Assembly (NCBI GenBank): GCA_964404945.1
Contig: CAYOLY010000002.1
Coordinates: forward strand, 602-64,601
DNA from: an uncultured Candidatus Saccharibacteria bacterium
GTDB taxonomy: Bacteria; Patescibacteriota; Saccharimonadia; Saccharimonadales; Saccharimonadaceae
Reading direction: 5' to 3'
DNA length: 64,000 nucleotides
Shown piece after piece: positions 16,236-24,516 of this stretch. Under the pieces are notes generated by a model. The model did no database searches. It was not told the origin of the DNA and saw only the letters and a program-made list of their open reading frames with translations. The stretch's first letter is position 1, and each line of letters begins with the position of its first letter. Made by a program: the position numbers and the translations under genes.

Positions 16236-17592
16236 ACCGTTCATTGACATACTCTATCAAGGTGGTTCTTAAGTCTCTGACTGGGATGACGAAGCTGTCG
16301 TGGACGGTGGCGGGGGCGATAGCGTGTGAAAAGCCGAGTTTCTTCGCTTCGGAAATGCGTTGATCGGGGCGGAAAGCGGAGCGAATTTCACCACCAAGCC
16401 CGACTTCGCCAAACACCACGAAATCTTCGGCCAGCTTACGTCCAGCTACAGCCGAAGCGATCGCAAGACAGATTGCGAGATCCGCCGCCGAATCCTGCAC
16501 CCGGAGACCCCCAACGACATTAATGAAGACGTCTTTATCACTAAGCTTGAGCTTCGTGCGGCGCTCGACCACGGCAATCAGTAAATTTAGCCGGTTAATA
16601 TCAAAACCAGAGCTAGTACGCTTTGGATAGCCAAAGTTAGTCGGAGTAACGAGCGCCTGAATTTCAACTAAGATCGGGCGGGTGCCTTCAAGGGTGGCCA
16701 GAATAATTGAGCCGTCGGTATTTTGACGTTCGGCGAGCAAGGCAGCGGAGGGGTTTTCGACTTCGGCGAGGCCCTGCTGGTTCATTTCGAAAATCGCAGC
16801 CTCGGTCGTGGAGCCAAAACGATTTTTAACGGCGCGAACGATCTTAAACCCACCGTAGCGGTCACCTTCAAATTGCAAGACGACGTCGACCAAGTGTTCA
16901 AGAACTTTCGGGCCGGCTAAAGTTCCCTCTTTCGTAACATGCCCCACGATGATTACGGCGGTGCCGGAAAGTTTGGCGGCGCGGATGATAATGTTGCCAC
17001 AGTTTGTGACCTGAGAAATCCCACCAGGGGCGGAAGCGATCTCGGCTAGGGTTAAAGTCTGAATTGAGTCAACAATCACGACGTCAAATTCGCCGCCTTC
17101 GATGGTTTTAGCAACGTCGTTGGCACTGGTTGAACTAGCGAATTTGAGATTGGGCGATTCAGCACCGAGGCGGATGGCCCGAAGTTTAACTTGCCCGGCT
17201 GACTCTTCGCCTGAAACATAGAGCACCGGACGTTCTTTAGCCAGCTCAGCGCAAATTTGCATAAGTAAAGTGGATTTGCCAATGCCAGGCTGGCCGGCGA
17301 GCAATGAAACTGACCCCTGCAAGATTCCTCCGCCCAGTACAGCATCGAGGTCTTTAAAACCCGTATGCAAACGCTCGCGGTCGTCTGAGGCCTCGAGATC
17401 ATTAATCGAGACGTATTCCAAGGTTTTTCCGGAGGTTTGGGCTCGACCGACGGCGGATTTTTCGTCACGCGAGTTATCGTCGAATTGCTGGATAAGCGAA
17501 CTCCAGGCGCCGCATTTTGTACAGCGACCAGTCCAGTTTTTATAAATCGCGCCACATTGCTGGCAAGTAAATTGGACATGAGATTTGGCCAT
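16234..17592 (-). CDS. radA: DNA repair protein RadA/Sms
   Basis: C4 zinc finger CQQC..CTKC, Walker A GQPGIGKST, KNRFG, Lon-like C-terminus. Confidence 0.95.
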   Translation of the reverse strand: MAKSHVQFTCQQCGAIYKNWTGRCTKCGAWSSLIQQFDDNSRDEKSAVGRAQTSGKTLEYVSINDLEASDDRERLHTGFKDLDAVLGGGILQGSVSLLAGQPGIGKSTLLMQICAELAKERPVLYVSGEESAGQVKLRAIRLGAESPNLKFASSTSANDVAKTIEGGEFDVVIVDSIQTLTLAEIASAPGGISQVTNCGNIIIRAAKLSGTAVIIVGHVTKEGTLAGPKVLEHLVDVVLQFEGDRYGGFKIVRAVKNRFGSTTEAAIFEMNQQGLAEVENPSAALLAERQNTDGSIILATLEGTRPILVEIQALVTPTNFGYPKRTSSGFDINRLNLLIAVVERRTKLKLSDKDVFINVVGGLRVQDSAADLAICLAIASAVAGRKLAEDFVVFGEVGLGGEIRSAFRPDQRISEAKKLGFSHAIAPATVHDSFVIPVRDLRTTLIEYVNER

Positions 17593-18506
17593 TATGGATC
17601 TCTCCGCTTAGCTACGGCAAGCCGGTCGTTATCTTGCTGAAAATGGTCGGTGATCGTATCACCAAAGAGGAAGCTAATTAGCCGCGCAAAGGTTAACATT
17701 CCGATCGTTCGCCCGTAATGATCTACGACGAGAAAAAAGTAGCAATTCACTCGCAAGAAAGCCGCTAAAACCTGCTCAAGCGTGTAATCGCTGCGGATAT
17801 AGTAGATCCCGGGATCGAGGATATCGCGCACCACGCTAGTTTCTTTAATCTCAAGGTTGTTAAAGCTAGTAGTATGAATCGTGCCGATGACTGTCTCTTT
17901 CTTGTCGACAACCGGAAAATGGTCAAAACCGGTTTTATAGAGATGATCCAGCGTAAGTGGTCCGAGAACTTCGTCATCATGTACATAAGTGATTTTGGAC
18001 TTTGGCACCATGAGATCGCTAGCATGAGTCTTGGGGAGCTGAAAGGCCATGGTGATAATTTGCCTAGCGCGATAATCTAGCACTTCGCGCGGCGTTATCT
18101 GGAGAACTTTGAGAAAATCGGCTTGAGACTGGGGCGCGCAGAGTTCGGGCTTTACGGAAGCTGAGTTCTTGTTCGGGTTCTGTTCGGGAGACGATTTTTC
18201 TATTATAACATCTGTTATGATAGGCTCATTTGCCTCGGGTTTCGGCGGCTCAGTAATGTTCTCGGAGGATTTCTTAGCGATGCGGTATTTTTCGAGACGC
18301 GGATCGGCCCATTTGGTAAATCGGCGCATATTGCCGCGATGAAATTTACGTAATTCCAAGTGAATTTTATGGAAGAATCGTTTCAGGCTACGCATAAAGA
18401 GAGCAATTCCACGCCCAACTGCCAGTACGACGGTTTTTACCCCGCGACCAAGAGACTTCACGAAGCGAAGCGCACCAGTTTTTAGATTTTTCATTGCCTC
18501 ACTCAT
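17592..18506 (-). CDS. CBS-domain protein
   Basis: TGFDHFPVVD and YFFLVVDHYGRTIGMLT CBS pair; ATG 18506 is 6 nt from TGGTATAAT. Confidence 0.75.
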   Translation of the reverse strand: MSEAMKNLKTGALRFVKSLGRGVKTVVLAVGRGIALFMRSLKRFFHKIHLELRKFHRGNMRRFTKWADPRLEKYRIAKKSSENITEPPKPEANEPIITDVIIEKSSPEQNPNKNSASVKPELCAPQSQADFLKVLQITPREVLDYRARQIITMAFQLPKTHASDLMVPKSKITYVHDDEVLGPLTLDHLYKTGFDHFPVVDKKETVIGTIHTTSFNNLEIKETSVVRDILDPGIYYIRSDYTLEQVLAAFLRVNCYFFLVVDHYGRTIGMLTFARLISFLFGDTITDHFQQDNDRLAVAKRRDP

Positions 18507-18523
18507 GCTATAATTATACCATG
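18504..18523. promoter_or_regulatory. Palindromic bidirectional extended -10 between divergent start codons
   Basis: CATGCTATAATTATACCATG gives TGCTATAAT-6-ATG on + and TGGTATAAT-6-ATG on -. Confidence 0.7.
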
Positions 18524-19237
18524 GAAAGAAGGTCAACAGACAAGAGAACAATAATTATCGTAGCGGTTTTGATAGCGGCTCTAGTTGGGCTAGTGATTTG
18601 GTCGTCGGTGGCGAACCGGATTGATTATGGTCAATATAATCTTAGCGCAGTGATTCCGGCCGATGAAAATAGCGGTTGGATTGAGGAGATGATCGAGGGG
18701 GATCCGGACGCGCCGGTCAAAATCTTTGAATATGGCGATTACCAGTGTACCGCTTGCGCGCCGATGAATCCGAAAATTAATGCGCTAGTTGAGGAATATG
18801 ATGGTAAAGTTGCGGTGGTTTTTCGGACGGAAATTATGGATTACCACCAAAACGGCACGGCGGCAGCTTCAGCGGCGCTCGCAGCAGCGAAACAGGGCTA
18901 TTGGCAAGAGTACAAGGATCTCCTTTTTACGAATCAGAACGATTGGTATTATTCGGACGTCCAGCAGCGCCAGAACCAGTTTGAAGAGTATTTTGTGAAA
19001 GTTTCTGGCGGGAAGGGCGATCTTGAAAAGTTTCGCGAGGATATGGGGAGCAAAGAAGTTTCCCAAAAGATTAGTTTTGATGCGGGGATGGCCGACGAAA
19101 AGAAGATTTCCTGGACACCAACTTTTTACGTTGGCGACGTTTTGGTTAGCCAACGCGATGTTACGGTAGAAAAGTTTTTGGAAAACTTGCGCGCGGAAAT
19201 AGATAAACAACTCGCCGAGCAGGGTATCGAAAAATAG
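18521..19237 (+). CDS. DsbA/thioredoxin-family membrane-anchored oxidoreductase
   Basis: N-terminal TM, EYGDYQCTAC (CxxC), WTPTF cis-Pro loop. Confidence 0.85.
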   Translation: MERRSTDKRTIIIVAVLIAALVGLVIWSSVANRIDYGQYNLSAVIPADENSGWIEEMIEGDPDAPVKIFEYGDYQCTACAPMNPKINALVEEYDGKVAVVFRTEIMDYHQNGTAAASAALAAAKQGYWQEYKDLLFTNQNDWYYSDVQQRQNQFEEYFVKVSGGKGDLEKFREDMGSKEVSQKISFDAGMADEKKISWTPTFYVGDVLVSQRDVTVEKFLENLRAEIDKQLAEQGIEK

Positions 19238-19366
19238 AGTATTTTTAACATTCTTATGCTTGCCTAACCGGCCATGGTTTGCTATCATAGAATAAGTTGC
19301 CGAGGATTAGGTCGATTAGCCTTTTTGCTGCTAGCCTGACGCAACCGAACTTAAATAGGAGAATGA

Positions 19367-19462
19367 ATGCGTAGCAAACCCAAACGTCCCGGTTCGCGTC
19401 GCGAGCGAATTTTCCCGCCAGCACCTTGGCAGGAATTCATCGAGATCGAGCCAAAGTTCTAG
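19367..19462 (+). CDS. Candidate 31-aa small protein MRSKPKRPGSRRERIFPPAPWQEFIEIEPKF
   Basis: AGGAG SD 5 nt before ATG; TTGCCT-17-TATCAT promoter at 19260-19288; terminator follows. Confidence 0.45.
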   Translation: MRSKPKRPGSRRERIFPPAPWQEFIEIEPKF

Positions 19463-19479
19463 TTTAATACGCTAAAACC

Positions 19480-19518
19480 AGCCCCAATTTAGCCTTTTGG
19501 CCGATTTGGGGCTTTTTC
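19480..19518 (+). terminator. Rho-independent terminator
   Basis: AGCCCCAA...TTGGGGCT followed by TTTTT. Confidence 0.7.
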
Positions 19519-19639
19519 GTTGGGTAGCCATATTCGGTATTGACTTTTTTCCACAGGTGTGATATGATCTAGTAATGATACCCCCCCCCGGAGCATATCT
19601 GGAGGGATGTCATGCAAATTTCATAAGGGGGTTTTCTAA

Positions 19640-20188
19640 ATGAAACCAAACAAGATCTGCGCGTTCCTTTTGGCTACCATGGTGGTAGCGACCCTGCTTT
19701 CTGGCTGCGAAGTTAGCGGCTCTTCTGCTGACCGAGAGGCAACCAGGCAAGTTGGTAGTACGCTTAGCCAGAATCAGCCCACGCCCACCGACATTGAATA
19801 CTCGCTCGAAAGGTTCAATCTTATCCGCCGGGCCTATTGGGTCAACGGCGAACGCGAGAAGGCGATGATGGTCGAGTGTCCGGTTGAGCGGCCGTTAGGC
19901 TATGTCGTCCTAATGACCGAAAGTGGAGCCGTGGTCGGCAGATTTGTGGTCGATGGTAAAGTGTCATCGCTCAATTCTTACCTGACGCCTGACAGCGACT
20001 TTTACACGACCGGGGCCACTGTTACTGCCTACTGGCTGCCCGATGTGGATGGCAGCTATGGTAGCAATGACGTAGGAATTTTCTTCTTCACACCGGACGG
20101 CCATTACTTCGAGTGGGACTCACACTACCTTTACAGCGATGTACCGATGGAGATCGACAACCCGATTGTCACTTACCAAGGTAGTTAG
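19640..20188 (+). CDS. Lipoprotein of unknown function (phage/prophage-like family by recall)
   Basis: Lipobox LLSGC; SLERFNLIRR, GKVSSLNSYLTP, DGSYGSND.GIFFFT. Confidence 0.7.
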   Translation: MKPNKICAFLLATMVVATLLSGCEVSGSSADREATRQVGSTLSQNQPTPTDIEYSLERFNLIRRAYWVNGEREKAMMVECPVERPLGYVVLMTESGAVVGRFVVDGKVSSLNSYLTPDSDFYTTGATVTAYWLPDVDGSYGSNDVGIFFFTPDGHYFEWDSHYLYSDVPMEIDNPIVTYQGS

Positions 20189-20234
20189 TCCACACAGCCA
20201 AATGTCCTGATACTTTTAGGGGAGGGTTAATACG

Positions 20235-20606
20235 ATGCGGGATCATATGGGTAAGTTGCTTGTTGCCGTGGTGGTCTTAGCTTTGTTGGGCGGTCTCGTT
20301 TCGATCGCTACCACCAATGGCTATGACTTTTTGGCACGCAAGATTGATGATGCGACCAACTACGACGTCATCAAGGAAGTCGAGGACACCTGTCGTGCTA
20401 TGATTGCGTCCTATACCGCCGATAAAATGCGGTACGAGGCCTACGCCGCCAGCGACAGTGAAGAAAAGCAGAGTTGGGCCGAGCAGGCCAAAATTCGCGC
20501 CAACACTACGGCGGTCAAGTATAATGAATATTACCTCAAGAACTCTTTTGTTTGGAAGGATAATATTCCGGATGACATCGCGGTCGAGCTGCCCTACATT
20601 GAGTAA
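20235..20606 (+). CDS. Small membrane-anchored protein paired with the lipoprotein
   Basis: GGAGGG SD; N-terminal TM; helical body VEDTCRAMIASY...ANTTAVKYN. Confidence 0.7.
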   Translation: MRDHMGKLLVAVVVLALLGGLVSIATTNGYDFLARKIDDATNYDVIKEVEDTCRAMIASYTADKMRYEAYAASDSEEKQSWAEQAKIRANTTAVKYNEYYLKNSFVWKDNIPDDIAVELPYIE

Positions 20607-20625
20607 CATTTAGCAAGCCCTGCAA

Positions 20626-20657
20626 ACCGCCCGAGCAATAGCCCGGGCGGTGTTTTT
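20626..20657 (+). terminator. Rho-independent terminator
   Basis: ACCGCCCGAGC-AATA-GCCCGGGCGGT followed by GTTTTT. Confidence 0.7.
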
Positions 20658-20690
20658 ATGAAGTTTATGGGCGTGCGGATAGAGCAGCCC

Positions 20691-21497
20691 TTATGCCAAT
20701 ATCAGCAACGTGCCGATTACCAAACAGGCGACAATGATGCGATATTTGCCAAAGCTTTGAAGCGATTTCGGCTTTTTGAGATATTTTAACAAGTATCTTA
20801 GAGCAACCAGGCCGACTACGAACGCGACTAGGTTACTAAGAAGTAACATGCAGAGATTTTCGCTGAAATATATTCGGCTTTCTTCGCTAAGGAAAATCTT
20901 CAGACAGACGCCGCACATAATCGGGATTGAGGCCAAGAAAGAATATTCGGCCGATGATTCCGAATCTAAGCCGACGATTCGCCCAGCAATGATCGTTGAA
21001 CCTGAGCGAGAGACCCCGGGGATAAGGGCAAAAACTTGCGTCAGACCGATAATGAGTGCGCGCGCCGGAGTAAGACTGTTTTCATTTTTGAGTTCACTCA
21101 TGTGCGGTAGCTTGTCGATCAGAACCATAATCAACCCGACAATCCCCATAGCCGCGCTCACTGTAAAAAGCGAGCTGAAAAAATCATTTTCTTCAATAAA
21201 ACTCGCCAGCAACAACCCGATAATGCCGGCCGGAATACTAGTAATCAGGATATTTAGCGCAAGCTTATAATTTCGTTCAGTAAAGATGTCTTTGAGGATT
21301 TTCCAGATTCGTTTACGGAAGTAGATTAGAAGAGCCAGTAGTGTCCCAAGGTTAATAAATTCAAGAAAAAGATGGAAATTTTCGGTCGGAAAACTAAAAA
21401 TGTGTTGTACAAGTTCAAGATGACCAGAAGAGGAAACCGGAATAAACTCGGTGAGCCCCTGTACTAAACCCAAGATGATTGCCTGAAAAATATCCAT
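20691..21497 (-). CDS. uppP: Undecaprenyl-diphosphate phosphatase (BacA)
   Basis: QGLTEFIPVSSSGH and PGVSRSGSTI motifs. Confidence 0.95.
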   Translation of the reverse strand: MDIFQAIILGLVQGLTEFIPVSSSGHLELVQHIFSFPTENFHLFLEFINLGTLLALLIYFRKRIWKILKDIFTERNYKLALNILITSIPAGIIGLLLASFIEENDFFSSLFTVSAAMGIVGLIMVLIDKLPHMSELKNENSLTPARALIIGLTQVFALIPGVSRSGSTIIAGRIVGLDSESSAEYSFLASIPIMCGVCLKIFLSEESRIYFSENLCMLLLSNLVAFVVGLVALRYLLKYLKKPKSLQSFGKYRIIVACLVIGTLLILA

Positions 21498-21512
21498 AAG
21501 CCTATTATAACA

Positions 21513-23225
21513 CTATTCGATATTGCGAAATAGGATCTTCTTAATTTTTTCGATGATTGGGTGAACCTGCTCGATATCCAGAAAGTATCCTGCGATAAGA
21601 TAGGCGAATAGCGAAACCGCCGTGATCAAACAAAACTTTGGAAAAGTATTGAAGAATGAATCGTCGGTAGCCATAAGGGGAAAGAACTTTGTCATTGAAT
21701 AGGCAACGCAACCGGTAATCGCGGTAGCGAAGCAGATTTTTGTAAATCCTTTCCAGAAGCTTCGATCGAGCAACTGTTTATTGTGGTCCTTCTGGAGGAC
21801 GCGCAGTAGGATCAAAATTTCTAATATCGCGCCGATCGACTGTGCCCAGCCTAGACCTTCTGGCCCACAGCCTAGCAGCGTGAAAGCGATTGCCAATAGG
21901 ATTGAGGTTCCAATCGCAATAATTGATACGATAAAAGGAGTTTTGGTGTTTTGGTGAGCGTAGAATCCTCGTACGGCGATATGAAAAACTGAGTTAGCGA
22001 AAATCGAAATAACTAAAGTGCCGAGCACAGAAGCGATCAACTGATCGCCGCCGTTTTTGATGAAACTCACAACATAGCCGCGGGCAAAAAAGGCGATAAT
22101 CGCTACCGGCATTGCGATCCAGATAATTGTACTAAGCGCGGTGCGGAAAGTCTGGCGAAACTTAGTTTCGTTCCCTTCACCGATTTCTTCGGTTAGCTGC
22201 GGGAAGAAGGCGGTCGAGATTGCTACCCCGATCAGGTTCACTGGCATTTGAGAGAGACTACTCGCCTGCTGGTAGCTACGCAGAGCGCCAGCTCCCATAC
22301 GTGAGGACAGATTCGTCGTGACAATAGTGTTTACGTAGTCGATTCCTTGGTCGAGGCTACGCGCCGGTAAAAGTTTCAGCACCGAGCGGAATCCTTGGTT
22401 GCGCCAGCGGATTTTGAATTCATAGTCAAAGCCTAGCCCAAACAGCCCAACTAAGCTCACTAGTAGTTGCAAGACGGCGCCAAAAACTACGCCAAGTGCA
22501 ACCCCCATAATACCGCCTTCAAATATTTGCCAGCCGAATAGATTGACCCCGCCGGTAAACCAGACAATTCCGATCAGAATCCCGACGTTATATAGTGCTG
22601 GAGCCAAAGCGTAAAAAACGAAACGACCTAGTGCCTGTTGGATGCTACTTAAAATCGTTGAAATACTAAAAAGGAAGGGATTAATTGCGATCACTCGCAT
22701 CATATTAATTGCAAGAATCATGCCAGATTCATCAAGACCAGGGCCGACGATATAGCGAACCAATGGATCTGCAAAAATCATAATTAAAATCGACGCGACC
22801 AAAGTGACGATTGCCATCAAGTTAAGCAAACTCGAGCTTAACTCCCAAGCTGATTTTTTGTTGCCACTGGTTAATCTTTGATTAAAGACTGGGATAAAAC
22901 TCACCGCGAGTGCGCCCGAAGTCAGAATAAAAAACAGGAAATCCGGGATGGTAAAGGCAGCCGTATAGGCATCAATGCCGGTCGGGTAGGTGTCAAGATA
23001 ATAGGAGTTCAGAAGACGGTCGCGAAAAATCCCCAGCAGAGCCGAGACTAGTGTCGAGCTGGCGAGTACTAAGGCCGCAAATTTAACCGAAAGCTTTCGG
23101 TTAGCCAAAGCAACAACCGAGCTGAATCGAAAATGTTTGCGCGATTTGCGTTCGTTGCCATCAGGAGGTTGCGGAATTTCAACCTCTGGCGGCGACTGTG
23201 TTCTTTCGCGATTCCCCTCTGTCAT
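21513..23225 (-). CDS. murJ: Lipid II flippase MurJ/MviN
   Basis: LLGIFRD, AYTAAFTIPDFL, GALAVSFIPVF, PVNLIGVAISTAFFP; many TM segments. Confidence 0.9.
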   Translation of the reverse strand: MTEGNRERTQSPPEVEIPQPPDGNERKSRKHFRFSSVVALANRKLSVKFAALVLASSTLVSALLGIFRDRLLNSYYLDTYPTGIDAYTAAFTIPDFLFFILTSGALAVSFIPVFNQRLTSGNKKSAWELSSSLLNLMAIVTLVASILIMIFADPLVRYIVGPGLDESGMILAINMMRVIAINPFLFSISTILSSIQQALGRFVFYALAPALYNVGILIGIVWFTGGVNLFGWQIFEGGIMGVALGVVFGAVLQLLVSLVGLFGLGFDYEFKIRWRNQGFRSVLKLLPARSLDQGIDYVNTIVTTNLSSRMGAGALRSYQQASSLSQMPVNLIGVAISTAFFPQLTEEIGEGNETKFRQTFRTALSTIIWIAMPVAIIAFFARGYVVSFIKNGGDQLIASVLGTLVISIFANSVFHIAVRGFYAHQNTKTPFIVSIIAIGTSILLAIAFTLLGCGPEGLGWAQSIGAILEILILLRVLQKDHNKQLLDRSFWKGFTKICFATAITGCVAYSMTKFFPLMATDDSFFNTFPKFCLITAVSLFAYLIAGYFLDIEQVHPIIEKIKKILFRNIE

Positions 23226-23227
23226 GG

Positions 23228-24472
23228 TTAAATTTCGGTCGCCCCGCCAAAGTATTCACGCAAAGCTTCTGGCAGTTTTAACTTGCCGTCTTTTTGTCCA
23301 TAATTTTCCAACACTACCACCATTGTACGAGCTAAGGAAATTGCGGTGCCGTTCAGAGTATGTAGGACTTCGACACTGCCATCGTTGCGACGGACACGAA
23401 TATTCAAGCTGCGAGCTTGAAAATCGGTACAATTCGAGCAGCTAGTGAGTTCACGGTATTTTTGGTCAACGGGAGACCAATATTCGATATCGTATTTCTT
23501 GGCGGCCGGTGCACCTAAATCGCCAGCGGCAATATTGATTACCCGGTATGGAATACCTAGCTCTTGCCAAATCTCTTCCTCGATCTTACGAATTTCTTCG
23601 TGCATTTCTTTAGATTTTTCAGGCAAACAGAAAACGTACATTTCTAGTTTATTAAACTGATGGACACGGAAAAGGCCGCGTGTGTGCTTGCCATAGGTAC
23701 CAGCCTCCTTGCGGAAGCAAGCGCTATATCCGGCATAGCAAAGCGGGAGATCCTTTTCGTCGATAATCTCGTCCATATGGTAGCCCGTCAGCGGCATCTC
23801 GGCGGTAGCAATCATCGCCAAGTCTTCTCCTTCAACATAGTACTCGTCGCTTTGCTCGCTACTTCGTGGGTTAAAACCGCAGCCCTCGAGAACTTTACTC
23901 GAGACCATGTCTGGTACCGTCATAAAGTTAAAACCGTGCTCGGTAACCTTTTTAAGACCAAATTGCAAAAGTGCATTTTCCAACAAAGCTAGCCCGTTCT
24001 TAAGATAGTAGAACTTTGCACCGGCGACCTTTGCTCCGCGCTCGAAGTCTACCCAATCGCGACTTAGAGCATAGTCGAGATGATCGACACCGCCCTCGGG
24101 CTTGCCACCCCAGCTAGCAACTTCAACACTACATTCTTCGCCGCCTAGAGGTACGTCATCGAAGATTATGTTAGGCACTCGCGCAATATCTTCTTTTAGC
24201 TGTTTTTCGATTTCGGTCAGTCGTGGCTCCTTTTCGGCAAGCTTAGCCTTAATACCGCGCGCTTTTTCAAGAAGTTCCGGAGCGGGTTTGCCACCTTTCA
24301 TTTGGTCGGAAACTTCGTTGCGCTGGCGGCGCAAAGCTTCGACCTCAAGGAGCAAGGCTTTTCGTTCGTCATCAAGTTTCAGAAGAACCGGGATATCGGA
24401 TGAATAGCCCTTTTCGCGTACAGATTTTTCTACTAAAGCTTGGTTGTTCCGAATGAAATTGATATCTAACAT
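23228..24472 (-). CDS. serS: Serine--tRNA ligase
   Basis: MLDINFIR, ATAE, FRKEAG..RGLFRVHQFNKLE, HTLNGT. Confidence 0.95.
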   Translation of the reverse strand: MLDINFIRNNQALVEKSVREKGYSSDIPVLLKLDDERKALLLEVEALRRQRNEVSDQMKGGKPAPELLEKARGIKAKLAEKEPRLTEIEKQLKEDIARVPNIIFDDVPLGGEECSVEVASWGGKPEGGVDHLDYALSRDWVDFERGAKVAGAKFYYLKNGLALLENALLQFGLKKVTEHGFNFMTVPDMVSSKVLEGCGFNPRSSEQSDEYYVEGEDLAMIATAEMPLTGYHMDEIIDEKDLPLCYAGYSACFRKEAGTYGKHTRGLFRVHQFNKLEMYVFCLPEKSKEMHEEIRKIEEEIWQELGIPYRVINIAAGDLGAPAAKKYDIEYWSPVDQKYRELTSCSNCTDFQARSLNIRVRRNDGSVEVLHTLNGTAISLARTMVVVLENYGQKDGKLKLPEALREYFGGATEI

Positions 24473-24516
24473 ATTATTATTCTACCACAGTTATCTTAAT
24501 ATAGCTAATAGATGGT

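Noticed and set aside
12995-17592. rnhB/ruvA/ruvC/radA near the cassette cluster as dedicated machinery
   Set aside because: Ordinary core genes in a compact genome; proximity alone is not evidence.
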